The notes beneath the pieces were generated by a model that was not told where the DNA came from, did no database searches, and worked only from the letters and a program-made list of their open reading frames with translations. A DNA stretch of 64,000 nt from a bacterium (lineage in GTDB: Bacteria; UBA8248), in the NCBI GenBank assembly GCA_965213685.1, contig CBDBZY010000024.1, forward strand, positions 36,910 through 100,909, given 5' to 3'. Below are positions 18,986 through 29,286 of this stretch, one piece after another (within the stretch, counting starts at the first letter, position 1; each line of letters starts with the position of its first letter). The translations under genes and the position numbers were made by a program.

Positions 18986-20938
18986 ATGCAAGGGAACGCT
19001 CCGGACATCATATGGCGGCCAAACGAGGATTTTCTGACGAACAGCCACGTCGCGAGGCTCATGAAAAAGCTGGACATCGCCGATCACCGGGAGTTCCTGA
19101 AATGGTCGGTCCAGGACATACGGCGCTTCTGGGAGGTTGTCCTGGAGGACATGGGGCTCGATTGGTACAAGCCTTACGACGAGCTGCTGGACTTGGGCGG
19201 CGGCTTCCCCTGGGCCAGGTGGTTTCTGGGCGGGGAGACGAACATCGTCCTCAACTGCATCGACCGCCACGCGGCGGGTGTGCGCAAAGATCAGGTCGCC
19301 CTCACCTGGGAGGGCGACGGCGGGGAGTGCCGGCGCTTCACCTACGCCGCCCTCTCCGCGGAGGTGTCCCGTCTCGCCAACGCCATGCGCGCGATGGGAC
19401 TCCGGCCAGGGGACGTGGCGGGCGTGTTCCTCCCGATGGTGCCCGAGGCCGCCATCGTCATGTATGCCTGCTTCAAGACGGGGGTGGCGGTATTGCCCGT
19501 TTTCTCGGGCTTCGGCCCCGAGGGGCTGGCCGAGCGCCTGAGACACGCGGAGGCGCGCATTTTGTTCACGGCGGACGGCGCCGTCCGCAGGGGCAGGAAG
19601 ATTCCCCTGAAAGGCACGGCGGACGCCGCACTGGAGCGGGACACCCGCGTCGAAAAGGTGGTCGTCCTCGAACGCTCCGGCGATGACGTTCCCATGAAGG
19701 CGGGGCGCGACGTCACCTGGGATGCGTTCCTGGCGGGACACTCCGCCGAGGCGGAGACGGCGCGCCTTCCCGCAAACGCCGTTTCGATGATCATGTACAC
19801 CTCGGGCACCACCGGCAAGCCCAAGGGCACCGTCTACACCCATGCCGGGCTGATGAGCGGCCCGGGGCGCGAACTCCGGTATTGCCTGGACATGCGCGAT
19901 GGCGACACGATCTTCTGGGTCACGGACTTCGGCTGGGTCATGGCGCCCTACGAGCTGGTGGGCGCCCATTTCAGCGGCCATTCCTGTCTGCTGTATGAGA
20001 GCGTGCCAAACCACCCGACGCCCGACCGCCTCTGGCGAATCGTCGCCAGGCACCGGGTCAGCCACCTGGGGCTTTCGCCCACGGCGGTGCGCGTCCTGAT
20101 CAGCGCGGGCGATGCGTGGGTGGAAGACCACGATTTCTCCTCCCTGCGGGTTCTGGCTTCCACGGGCGAGCCCTGGGACCCGGAGTCCTACATGTGGTTC
20201 TTCGAGAAAGTGGGCGCCGGGCGGTGTCCCGTCATGAACATCTCGGGCGGCACGGAAATCGGCGCCTGCCTGCTGCAGCCCCTGCCCGTCATGGAACTCA
20301 CCCCATGCACGCTGGGCGCGCCGGCCATGGGCACGGACACGGACGTGTTCGACGAGGACGCCCGTCCGATTCGCGGCGAAGTGGGCCATCTGGTGCTCAA
20401 GCAGCCCATACCCTCGCTCACCAACGGCTTCTGGAAGGAGCCGGAGCGCTACGTCGAAACCTATTTTTCCCGCTGGGAGGGCGTCTGGTACCACGGGGAC
20501 TGGGCCAAGGTGGACGAACGGGGGCTTTGGTATCTCTACGGACGCTCGGACGACACCATCAAGGTGTCCGGAAAGCGCGTGGGACCCAACGAGATAGAAT
20601 CCGAACTCATCAAGCACCCGGGCGTCATCGAGGCGGCCGTGGTGGGAACGCCGCATCCGGTGAAGGGGGAGGGCCTCACCTGCTTCGTCGTCATGCGGGA
20701 GCCGTATCAGCCGAGCGACGCGCTGCGCGAAGAACTCAAAGACCAGGCGGTCGAATACCTGGGGAAAAGCCTGCGGCCCGACGAGGTGCGCTTCGTCCAG
20801 GCGCTGCCCAAGACGCGCTCCGCCAAAATCGTCCGCAGCGCGATCAAGAAAGTGTATCTGGGCGAGGCGGTCGACCACATGGACATGAACGCGCTCGAGA
20901 ACCCGGCCCACCTCGACGCCATCCGGGAGGCGGTGTAG
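18986..20938 (+). CDS. Acetyl-CoA synthetase-like AMP-forming acyl-CoA ligase (paralog 1)
   Basis: YTSGTTGKPKG, STGEPWD, GRSDD, LPKTRSAKIVR. Confidence 0.92.
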   Translation: MQGNAPDIIWRPNEDFLTNSHVARLMKKLDIADHREFLKWSVQDIRRFWEVVLEDMGLDWYKPYDELLDLGGGFPWARWFLGGETNIVLNCIDRHAAGVRKDQVALTWEGDGGECRRFTYAALSAEVSRLANAMRAMGLRPGDVAGVFLPMVPEAAIVMYACFKTGVAVLPVFSGFGPEGLAERLRHAEARILFTADGAVRRGRKIPLKGTADAALERDTRVEKVVVLERSGDDVPMKAGRDVTWDAFLAGHSAEAETARLPANAVSMIMYTSGTTGKPKGTVYTHAGLMSGPGRELRYCLDMRDGDTIFWVTDFGWVMAPYELVGAHFSGHSCLLYESVPNHPTPDRLWRIVARHRVSHLGLSPTAVRVLISAGDAWVEDHDFSSLRVLASTGEPWDPESYMWFFEKVGAGRCPVMNISGGTEIGACLLQPLPVMELTPCTLGAPAMGTDTDVFDEDARPIRGEVGHLVLKQPIPSLTNGFWKEPERYVETYFSRWEGVWYHGDWAKVDERGLWYLYGRSDDTIKVSGKRVGPNEIESELIKHPGVIEAAVVGTPHPVKGEGLTCFVVMREPYQPSDALREELKDQAVEYLGKSLRPDEVRFVQALPKTRSAKIVRSAIKKVYLGEAVDHMDMNALENPAHLDAIREAV

Positions 20939-20942
20939 CGCG

Positions 20943-22883
20943 ATGCCCGACATCATCTGGCGGCCGAGCAAGGATATGCTGGAGAACTCGAACATCGCCG
21001 GCTTCATGAGAAAAAACGACCTGGCCGGCTATGAGGAGCTGCTCGCCTTCTCCAGAGAAGACGTCGGGCGACTCTGGGCGGCCCTCGAGCGGGACATGGG
21101 CGTCTGCTGGTACAAGCCCTACGAGAGAGTGCTCGACCGCTCGGGCGGCCTCCCCTGGACAAGATGGTTCGTCGGCGGCGAGCTCAACATCGTCCACAAC
21201 TGCATCGACAGGCACCTGGCGAGTCCCGCGCGCGACAGGGTCGCTCTCGTCTGGGAGGGCGACGGGGGCGAAGTCCGCCGCTTCACCTATGCGGAGATGA
21301 ACGCCCGGGTCTGCCGGCTGGCGAACGCCATGCGCGAGGCGGGAATGCGTCCGGGAGACAGCGCGGGCATTTTCATGCCCATGCTCCCGGAGACCGTCTT
21401 CGCCATGTTCGCCTGCCTGAAAATCGGGGTCATCGCCATCCCCATATTCTCAGGCTTCGGCCCGGAGGCGGTCGCCGAGCGCCTCGCCCATGCCGGGGCG
21501 CGGCTCGTGTTCACCTCGAACGGCGGGATGCGCCGCGGCAAGGAGGTCGGCGTGAAGGCGCTGCTCGATGCGGCCCTCCGCCTGGGTGCTGAGGTGGAGA
21601 AGGTCGTCGTATTCCGAAGAACCGCGAAGAGCGTCCCCATGCAGGACGGACGGGACGTCCTCTGGGACGATTTCATCGACGGGCAACCCGACGCCGCCGA
21701 AACCGAGCGCCTGCCCGCCGAGGCGCATTCCCTGATCATCTATACCTCGGGCACGACGGGCAAGCCCAAGGGCACGGTGCACACCCACGCGGGCTGCATG
21801 CTCAACGTGTCCAAGGAGATTCGCTATTGTCTGGACCTGCGGGATTCGGACATGTTCTTCTGGGTGACGGACATCGGCTGGATGATGGGCCCCTGGGAGA
21901 TGATAGGCGTCCAGTTCGCCGGCGGGACCTACCTCATCTACGAGGGGGCGCCGAACTGGCCCGAACCCGACAGGCTGTGGAGGCTCCTGGGCGATCACCG
22001 GGTGACCACCTTCGGGGTTTCCCCCACCGCCGTCCGGCTCCTGAAAAGCCTGGGCGACGCCTGGGTGGAAAAACACGATCTGTCGAGATTGAGAATGCTG
22101 GGTTCGACCGGCGAGCCGTGGGACCCGGAATCCTACATGTGGTTCTTCGAGAAGGTGGGCGGCGGGCGATGTCCCGTCATGAACATCTCGGGCGGCACGG
22201 AGCTCTGCGGCTGCCTGCTCCAGCCGTATCCCGTCATTCCGCTCGCGCCCTGCTCCCTGGGCGGTCCCGCTCTGGGCGCGGACGCCGACGTGTTCAACGA
22301 GGCGGGCGAACCCGTGCGGGGCGAAATCGGCCATCTCGTGTGCAAGCAGCCGATGCCCTCGATGACAAAAGGTTTTCTCAAGGATGACGCGCGCTATCTG
22401 GAGACGTATTTTTCCCGGTGGCCGGACGTCTGGTATCACGGCGATTGGGCGCGGGCGGACGCGGACGGCCAATGGTATCTGTATGGGCGCTCGGACGACA
22501 CCATCAACGTCGCGGGCAAGCGCGTGGGACCCGCCGAGGTGGAGGCGGCGCTCATCGGGCATCCCGCCGTCGTGGAGGCCGCCGTCATCGGCACGCCGCA
22601 CCCGATCAAGGGGGAGGGCCTGTGCTGCTTCGTGGTGCTGGGCGCGGAGCAGGAACCGACCGACGCGCTCCGGGAGGCGCTCAAGGAAGAAGCCGTGAAG
22701 TATCTGGGGAGAAGCTTGCGCCCCGAGGAAGTGAAGTTCGTCAAGGCGCTGCCCAAAACGCGATCCGCCAAAATCGTTCGCGGCGCCATCAAGAAAATCC
22801 ACCTGGGCGAAGACCCGGCGAATATCGACGCCTCCTCCATCGAAGCGCCGGAGTTGCTCCACGCCATCCAGGAGGCGCTATGA
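20943..22883 (+). CDS. Acetyl-CoA synthetase-like AMP-forming acyl-CoA ligase (paralog 2)
   Basis: Same motifs, colinear with the upstream copy. Confidence 0.92.
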   Translation: MPDIIWRPSKDMLENSNIAGFMRKNDLAGYEELLAFSREDVGRLWAALERDMGVCWYKPYERVLDRSGGLPWTRWFVGGELNIVHNCIDRHLASPARDRVALVWEGDGGEVRRFTYAEMNARVCRLANAMREAGMRPGDSAGIFMPMLPETVFAMFACLKIGVIAIPIFSGFGPEAVAERLAHAGARLVFTSNGGMRRGKEVGVKALLDAALRLGAEVEKVVVFRRTAKSVPMQDGRDVLWDDFIDGQPDAAETERLPAEAHSLIIYTSGTTGKPKGTVHTHAGCMLNVSKEIRYCLDLRDSDMFFWVTDIGWMMGPWEMIGVQFAGGTYLIYEGAPNWPEPDRLWRLLGDHRVTTFGVSPTAVRLLKSLGDAWVEKHDLSRLRMLGSTGEPWDPESYMWFFEKVGGGRCPVMNISGGTELCGCLLQPYPVIPLAPCSLGGPALGADADVFNEAGEPVRGEIGHLVCKQPMPSMTKGFLKDDARYLETYFSRWPDVWYHGDWARADADGQWYLYGRSDDTINVAGKRVGPAEVEAALIGHPAVVEAAVIGTPHPIKGEGLCCFVVLGAEQEPTDALREALKEEAVKYLGRSLRPEEVKFVKALPKTRSAKIVRGAIKKIHLGEDPANIDASSIEAPELLHAIQEAL

Positions 22884-22884
22884 A

Positions 22885-23127
22885 ATGGCCATCGTCGATT
22901 GCCCGGAATGCGGGGGCGTGCTGAGCACCCGAGCCGCATCCTGTCCGCATTGCGGCTATCCCCTGAGAAGGCGCCCAAACGGGGGGATATTTCACACGAT
23001 CGCCCAAATTCCCTGCTTTGTCGCCGGCCTCATCCTGATTCTCCTCATATTCTTCATCGCCCTGATTCTCGTCGACGTCTATTTCATCCACAGCCTGATC
23101 CCCGCAGGGGGGATCACCAGGCTCTAG
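22885..23127 (+). CDS. Small zinc-ribbon membrane protein
   Basis: CPECG...CPHCGYP followed by one TM helix. Confidence 0.7.
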   Translation: MAIVDCPECGGVLSTRAASCPHCGYPLRRRPNGGIFHTIAQIPCFVAGLILILLIFFIALILVDVYFIHSLIPAGGITRL

Positions 23128-23302
23128 GTCGCGTGCGCAGGCACTCTCCCCGCACGCACGCTTCACCGCTTGCCCGCCGGATGTGCGGGCGCCTCTCCTC
23201 CGCCGCGCCCTGCCCCCGGAGAAACGCGCGCGCGCGCTTGTTATCGCTCCCCGGAATCGCTAGGCTGGCTCTCCGTTTCGCCACAGATGCGCGGGGGGAT
23301 TT

Positions 23303-24049
23303 TTGGAATACTCGGTTCACCAGCTACTCGCGGTCGGAATCGCCGCTTTTTTCGTCGGCTTCCTCAAGACCACCTTCAGCTCCGGGGTGGGTATTTTTCT
23401 CGTCCCGGTCATGATAATCTTCTGGCCCACGCGCTTCATCATCGGAATCGTGGCCGTCGTCATGTGGGTGACGGATTTTTTCGCCGCCCCCATGTTCTGG
23501 AAACAGTGGGAAACCCGCTTTCTCCGCTTTTTGGTGCCCGGCTTCTACGCGGGGGTGATCATCGGCGCGTATGCGCTGGTGAATCTGCCGGATTACTGGC
23601 TGAGAAAGGGAATCGGCCTCACCTGCATCCTCTTTGCGGGGCTGCTCATCTGGCGAGAGATGCGAGGGGAGATGAGGCCGCCGCCCATCAGCGCGCCGCT
23701 GGGCGTGGGAATCGGCGTGGGGGGCGGAATCGTGAGCGCCATGTTTCACTCGGGAGGCCTCGTCCTGAGCCTGTTTTTCATCAGCCAGGGCCTTTCCAAA
23801 ACGGCGGTGGTCGCGAGCATCCTCGGCACATGGCTCTGGGTCAATCCCGTCAAGGTCGCCTCGCTGTGGTTCGGCGGCATCGTGCAGACCCAGATGCTGG
23901 CGGCCGGTTTTCTGGCCTTTCCCCTGGCGTGGGCCGGAAGCTGGTGCGGCAGGCAGACGCTCCGAAAAATCCCGCAAAAAGGCTTCACCTACATATTCTT
24001 GCTCCTCTCCCTCCTCACGGCCCTGCGCCTGCTCACGGAGCCGAACTAG
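23303..24049 (+). CDS. Sulfite exporter TauE/SafE family permease (1)
   Basis: 248 aa with about 8 TM helices, GFLKTTFSSGVG and an internal repeat GIVSAMFHSGG. TTG start. Confidence 0.8.
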   Translation: MEYSVHQLLAVGIAAFFVGFLKTTFSSGVGIFLVPVMIIFWPTRFIIGIVAVVMWVTDFFAAPMFWKQWETRFLRFLVPGFYAGVIIGAYALVNLPDYWLRKGIGLTCILFAGLLIWREMRGEMRPPPISAPLGVGIGVGGGIVSAMFHSGGLVLSLFFISQGLSKTAVVASILGTWLWVNPVKVASLWFGGIVQTQMLAAGFLAFPLAWAGSWCGRQTLRKIPQKGFTYIFLLLSLLTALRLLTEPN

Positions 24050-24051
24050 CG

Positions 24052-24798
24052 ATGCCCGATTTTTCGATCGTCGAGTGGGCCTTCGTCCTGGCGGCGGCGT
24101 TTTGCAACGGCTTTCTGGTGCGCACCTTCGGGGCGGGCGTGGGACTCACGATCACCCCGTTTCTCATCTTCGCGTTCTCGCCCTCTTTCTCGCTGGGCCT
24201 CATCGCGCTGTTCAGCTGCTGGGCCGGCCTGGGGGCGGCGCCGGACTTCTGGGGCAAGTGGAACGCGCGCTACGTGCTCATCTTCGCCCCTGGCATCGTG
24301 ACGGGAATCGCCTCGGGCGTCTGGCTCCTCACCTGGCTACCGCAGGCGGGGCTGAAAATCGTCATCGGCGCCATCTGCCTCTCCCTCGCGCTGTATCAGA
24401 CGATCGTCGAAATCCGGGGCCGTCCCCTTGAAATCCCCCCCCTGCCCACCTGGCAGGGCGCGGGCTTCGGCGCGATGAGCGGGCTGTGCTCCTCCCTCGC
24501 CAACAGCGGGGCCATTTTCCTCACTCCCGTTCTCATCAGCCAGAAACTGGAGAAGCTCACCCTGGTCAGCACCATATGGATTCTCTATTCCGTGATGAAC
24601 CCCATCAAGGTCATCGCCTACTGGCAGGTCTCCGTCGTCACGGCGGACGCCGTCTGGGCGAGCCTCATCGGCCTCCCGGCGCTGTGGCTGGGCCTGCGCG
24701 CCGGCGCCTGGGTACAGGACAGGCTCAGCGGGCGAACGTTCAACCTGTCCGTGCTGAGCATCGCCCTGGGAGGGTCCATTCGCCTGCTCATCGCCTAG
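24052..24798 (+). CDS. Sulfite exporter TauE/SafE family permease (2)
   Basis: 248 aa, GFLVRTFGAGVG and GLCSSLANSG. ATG lies inside the long ORF 23170-24798. Confidence 0.8.
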   Translation: MPDFSIVEWAFVLAAAFCNGFLVRTFGAGVGLTITPFLIFAFSPSFSLGLIALFSCWAGLGAAPDFWGKWNARYVLIFAPGIVTGIASGVWLLTWLPQAGLKIVIGAICLSLALYQTIVEIRGRPLEIPPLPTWQGAGFGAMSGLCSSLANSGAIFLTPVLISQKLEKLTLVSTIWILYSVMNPIKVIAYWQVSVVTADAVWASLIGLPALWLGLRAGAWVQDRLSGRTFNLSVLSIALGGSIRLLIA

Positions 24799-24864
24799 CC
24801 CCCCCCATGGCCCCGGCGCGCGCATGGGCAGAGGCGGGGGCTTCGACATCGGGGAGAGAATAAA

Positions 24865-25983
24865 ATGAGGACGACGCCACAGAGCGAAGAGGCGCCTCCG
24901 CCTGCCTCTGAAACCAGCCCGGGCATCGTGGACGCCGACATCCATCACGCGCCCCGGTCGCTGGACACCCTGCTGCCCTACCTGTCGGCGGAGTGGCGAA
25001 ATTACGCCCAGGAAACCGACTACGCCAGGCTGCCCAACGCCCCGTATCCCAAAACGGCCGGCGGCGGCGTGCGCCAGGACGCCGTGCCAGCCGATGGCGG
25101 CCCCGCCGGCTCCAGTCTCGAGATGCTTCGGGCGCAGGTGCTGGACGCCTACGGGGTGCGCTACGGCATCCTCAACGGCGCGTATTACAACGTGTCCTTC
25201 ATGGGGATTCCCGAGTTCGGCGCCGCCCTCGCCCGCGCCCACAACGACTGGACGATCGAGCATTGGCTGGAGAAGGACGAGCGGCTGCGCGGAGCCATCA
25301 CGGTCGCACACCAGGACCCGCAGCACGCCGTGGACGAGATCCGGCGCGTCGGCGAGCGCGGGGACATGGCGCAGGTTCTCTTCCCGGCGGGGTCGCACGC
25401 TCCCTACGGCCAGAGAAAATATCACCCCATCTATGCCGCGGCCGAGGAGCGGGGGCTACCCGTCGGGATTCATTTCGGGGGAACGGGCGCCGGAAACGCG
25501 CCGCCGCCCACCGCTTCGGGCTGGCCCACCTATTACATCGAATGGCACACGGCCATGAGCCAGAGTTTCATGACCCACGTCGCCAGCTTCATCTGCGAGG
25601 GCGTGTTCGAGCTGTTTCCGAATCTGAAAGTCGTCCTGATCGAGGGCGGCGTGTCCTGGGTTCCGGGCCTCCTCTGGCGTCTGGACAAGAACTATCGGGG
25701 GATGCGCGCGGAGGTGCCCTGGCTCAGAAAGCTGCCGAGCGAATACTTCTTCGAGCATTTCCGGTTGACGAGCCAGCCCATCGAGGAGCCGGGCGAGGAC
25801 GCGCACCTGCTCCAGATATTCGAGATGATCCGGGCCGAGCGCATTCTGCTTTTCGCCACCGATTACCCCCACTGGGATTTCGACTCGCCTGTTCACGCGC
25901 TGCCGAGTCGCGTGGACGAGAACCTGTGCGAGCGCATCATGCGAGAAAACGCCCTGGCGCTCTACCGCTTCGACGACGACTAG
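24865..25983 (+). CDS. Amidohydrolase_2 family protein
   Basis: [28 protein letters not shown]. Confidence 0.9.
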   Translation: MRTTPQSEEAPPPASETSPGIVDADIHHAPRSLDTLLPYLSAEWRNYAQETDYARLPNAPYPKTAGGGVRQDAVPADGGPAGSSLEMLRAQVLDAYGVRYGILNGAYYNVSFMGIPEFGAALARAHNDWTIEHWLEKDERLRGAITVAHQDPQHAVDEIRRVGERGDMAQVLFPAGSHAPYGQRKYHPIYAAAEERGLPVGIHFGGTGAGNAPPPTASGWPTYYIEWHTAMSQSFMTHVASFICEGVFELFPNLKVVLIEGGVSWVPGLLWRLDKNYRGMRAEVPWLRKLPSEYFFEHFRLTSQPIEEPGEDAHLLQIFEMIRAERILLFATDYPHWDFDSPVHALPSRVDENLCERIMRENALALYRFDDD

Positions 25984-26117
25984 CCGGGGGTGCGCGGAGG
26001 CGAGGCGCAGAGGCGCACCCGCAAACCTTTTGACCGCGCCCCGTTTGGCGGGTAAGGTTGAGAGACAAGACGCAGACGCGGGCGGGGCACCCGCCCTCTC
26101 TGTATCGGGAGACATCC

Positions 26118-27521
26118 ATGTCCACGATGAATACGCATATGGAGATTCCGGGCCCTCCTCCATATTCCTACGAGAAATCCTTGGAGCCAGAGCTTCAGGC
26201 ACTCTCAGAGCGCGTGAAGGATATGCGAGCCAGAGCCGAAGGCGAATTGTCGCGAGACGTCCTTTATAAAATCCGAAAATTCTTCCGGCTCAAGAACATC
26301 TATCACTCGAACGCGATTGAAGGGAATCAACTGAAGTTGGGAGAAACCCGCCAGGTCGTCGAACTGGGCCTCACCATCACGGGGAAACCGCTCAAAGACC
26401 AGGCGGAGGCGCGCAACCTGTCGGAAGCCCTGGATTTCCTGGAAGACCTGGCCAAAGATGCGGACAAACCGATCACGGAGCATGACATTCGCCAACTGCA
26501 TTCCTTCGTCCTGAAAGGAATCCATGACGCCGGAGCGGGGGCTTACAGAACCGTGCCGGTTGAAATCAGCGGCTCCAAATTCCCCCCGCCCGGCCCGGAA
26601 TCCGTCCCTGGTCAGATGCGCGCATTCGCCGACTGGTTTCGGGAGGCGAGCACGCTGGGCGATAAGCCGCGTGGCAGCGTCAGCGGACTTCTTGCTGCGG
26701 CTGCGGCGCATACGTGGTTCGTGAGCATTCATCCGTTCATCGACGGAAACGGGCGCGTGGCGCGCTTGCTCCTGAACCTGATCCTGATGCGGCACGGCTT
26801 TCCCATAGCGATCATCTCCAAAGAAGACCGCCTTCGCTATTACGATGCTTTGGAAGAGTCGCAAGGGTCGGATTTGACTCCCTTCACCGGCCTCCTGGCT
26901 GAATGCATCGAGGAAAGCCTCGAAGAATACGAACAGGCCGCCGAAGAACAGCGCGCGCATATCGAATTGGTGGAATCCCTGACGCAAAAATTTACCGAGC
27001 CTGAACGAGTGCGCGCGGAAAACGAATACGAAGTGTGGCGAAACGCGATGGAGCTACTCAAAAGCCACCTTCGGCAGACCGCGAACAACCTCAATGAAAG
27101 CCTGGGGCGTCAAGGAGAAGTCTTTTTCAGGGATTTCGGCCACCTGGAGTTCGAGAAGTACGCAGCATTCAGGTCTGGCGAATCCGCGAAACGCACCTGG
27201 TTCTTCCGCATCGATTTTCGGAGAGGAGAAACGTCCGCTCGCTACCTCTTCTTCTTCGGCTTTCGCAGCTTCGCATTGCGTCAGCGGTGCGCCGACGCAA
27301 CCCTCCACGTGGCGCGAGAGCATCCCCCGAAATCATACCGCTTTGAGCGTCTCGATCGCATCGACGCGCAGAACGTCCCGAATCTGCTCGAGATTGGATA
27401 CGAAATGTCGAAGGAGCGGTTCGTCGCGCGAAAACGGGGGGACGCTGTTGTCCCCGGAAGAATCGAAGGGTTCGGCAAGCAATTCTTCGAAGACGTAGTG
27501 GAAAAGCACTTCGGGACGTGA
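26118..27521 (+). CDS. Fic family protein with an additional C-terminal domain
   Basis: Catalytic HPFIDGNGRVAR and inhibitory-type HSNAIEGN. Lower GC than the flanks. Confidence 0.92.
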   Translation: MSTMNTHMEIPGPPPYSYEKSLEPELQALSERVKDMRARAEGELSRDVLYKIRKFFRLKNIYHSNAIEGNQLKLGETRQVVELGLTITGKPLKDQAEARNLSEALDFLEDLAKDADKPITEHDIRQLHSFVLKGIHDAGAGAYRTVPVEISGSKFPPPGPESVPGQMRAFADWFREASTLGDKPRGSVSGLLAAAAAHTWFVSIHPFIDGNGRVARLLLNLILMRHGFPIAIISKEDRLRYYDALEESQGSDLTPFTGLLAECIEESLEEYEQAAEEQRAHIELVESLTQKFTEPERVRAENEYEVWRNAMELLKSHLRQTANNLNESLGRQGEVFFRDFGHLEFEKYAAFRSGESAKRTWFFRIDFRRGETSARYLFFFGFRSFALRQRCADATLHVAREHPPKSYRFERLDRIDAQNVPNLLEIGYEMSKERFVARKRGDAVVPGRIEGFGKQFFEDVVEKHFGT

Positions 27522-27566
27522 GGCGTCCGCCGAACGAACAAGCGCGGACGAGCCGGCGATGTGCGA

Positions 27567-28445
27567 TCACGCATCCGAGTTGACGAGGTAGATTCCTGCG
27601 GAAATCAGGATCGCGCCGCCGAGCATGAGCAGCGTCAACGGCTCGGCGAGCAGCAGGGCGCTGAGAAACACGCCGAAAACGGGCGTGAGGAACATGAACG
27701 CGCTCACGCGGCCCGCCGGATAGTCCCTCAGCAGCCACAGCCAGGGAATCATGGCGAGGCCCGTGCCGATGATGCCGTTGTAGCCCACGCCCATCAACAC
27801 GTTCTTGTCCCCGAGGTCGGGCCAGGGCTCCCCCAGAAGCGAGGCGATGAGAAAAAACGGAGGCACGGCGAGCAGCTGGGTCCAGGCCGTGATTCGGGAG
27901 GCGTCGAAACTTCGGAGCCGCATCTTCAGGAAAATCGACTGCACCGCCCAGAAAACAGCCGCCAGGATGACGATGGCGTCCCCGAACCAGGTGGAGCCGC
28001 CCGAGGAGGAGAGCTTGTCGCCGAAGAGGAAAACCATCCCGAGGCTCGCGCCCATGAACCCGAAAACGGCGCGAACGCCGACCCGCTCCTGGGGCAGAAT
28101 CCACGCCGCGAGCCCCGTGAGAAACAGGGGCTGGGCATAGAGGAACAAGGAGGCGCGCCCGGCGGTCGTGTAGTCCACGCCGTGGTAGTAGGTGAGAAAC
28201 ATGAGGTTGTGCAGGCAGGCGTTGATCCAGAAATCGCGGTTTTCCCGTCCGCCCCGGGGGTTGGGGAGCGGGGGCAGCATGGGCATCTTCCGCAAGAACA
28301 TGATCAGAAAAACGCTGGCCGCCGAGATGAGGCCCCTGAGCCAGAGAAACGTGAAGGGATCCACGCCCCGCAGTCCGACCTTGGCCGCCGGAAAACTCAG
28401 GCCCCAAAGAAACGTGACGGCGAAAATCAAGACGAAAAATCGCAA
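27567..28445 (-). CDS. DMT/EamA family transporter
   Basis: WGLSFPAAK, FLYAQPLF, FMFLTPVFGV. Confidence 0.88.
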   Translation of the reverse strand: MRFFVLIFAVTFLWGLSFPAAKVGLRGVDPFTFLWLRGLISAASVFLIMFLRKMPMLPPLPNPRGGRENRDFWINACLHNLMFLTYYHGVDYTTAGRASLFLYAQPLFLTGLAAWILPQERVGVRAVFGFMGASLGMVFLFGDKLSSSGGSTWFGDAIVILAAVFWAVQSIFLKMRLRSFDASRITAWTQLLAVPPFFLIASLLGEPWPDLGDKNVLMGVGYNGIIGTGLAMIPWLWLLRDYPAGRVSAFMFLTPVFGVFLSALLLAEPLTLLMLGGAILISAGIYLVNSDA

Positions 28446-28524
28446 TGCCTGTTTTTTCCTTCATCGACTCGGCTTCATCCTGCAAAACGGGCAGGGGGGA
28501 TGAAATTCGGGGAAAGCGCCTCCC

Positions 28525-29151
28525 TCAGGCGCCGGGCTCCCGCTTCCGGGGGAAGGGGTCGAGCGTCTCCATATCCACCTTTTGGTCCAGCTCGTCGTGG
28601 CAGGCGTCGCAGCGCGGCTGTGCCGTGGCCGCCACGAGGAACACCTTCGTTCGATCCCCGCCCATCCGATGGCCGTTGTGGCACTGCACGCAGTTCGCCT
28701 CCAACTCCGCATGATCCACGATGGCGTGAAACGCGCCATCGGCCAGCTCCAGAAGACGCTCCTCGTCATGGCACTTGGCGCAGTCCTTGTCGAGGATGGG
28801 GTGAAACACGCGCGAGGGCTGCTCGAAATCGCCGATGAGGAATTTGTAGAGGTCCTTGCTCGCCAGAATCGTCGTCCGAACCATCCCCGCAATCCCCTCC
28901 TCCCCATGGCAGGAGATACACCGCACGCCGCCTGCGCGCGCGTGCCATCCGGCCAGCGTCCTCACCTCCGCCCTCGGGCGCGCCCCGTCGTCGAGGTAGT
29001 CCTGGTGATCCTGCAGGTGACAGACCGTGCAGAAGGGATCGTAGGATTCCACGGCGCGAATCCCATGCAGCCCGCCGACGCCGGCCACCGGAGAGACGAC
29101 GATGAGCAGAGCCAGCCACCGCCACCAGCGCCCCCGAAAGGTTCCTCCCAT
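28525..29151 (-). CDS. Membrane-anchored pentaheme cytochrome c (NapC/NirT-like)
   Basis: N-terminal TM helix and five CxxCH motifs: CTVCH, CISCH, CAKCH, CVQCH, CDACH. Confidence 0.85.
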   Translation of the reverse strand: MGGTFRGRWWRWLALLIVVSPVAGVGGLHGIRAVESYDPFCTVCHLQDHQDYLDDGARPRAEVRTLAGWHARAGGVRCISCHGEEGIAGMVRTTILASKDLYKFLIGDFEQPSRVFHPILDKDCAKCHDEERLLELADGAFHAIVDHAELEANCVQCHNGHRMGGDRTKVFLVAATAQPRCDACHDELDQKVDMETLDPFPRKREPGA

Positions 29152-29286
29152 CCAGATTCTCCTTGGCGAAAACACGCCGGCAAAGGTCCGCTCTCCCCGT
29201 TCCCGGGGGGAGAAAGAAATCCATCCCGTCTTTCTCATTATAGCGCGATTTGCTAGAATGGGCTTTGCGCAGGGGAGGTTCACTCA

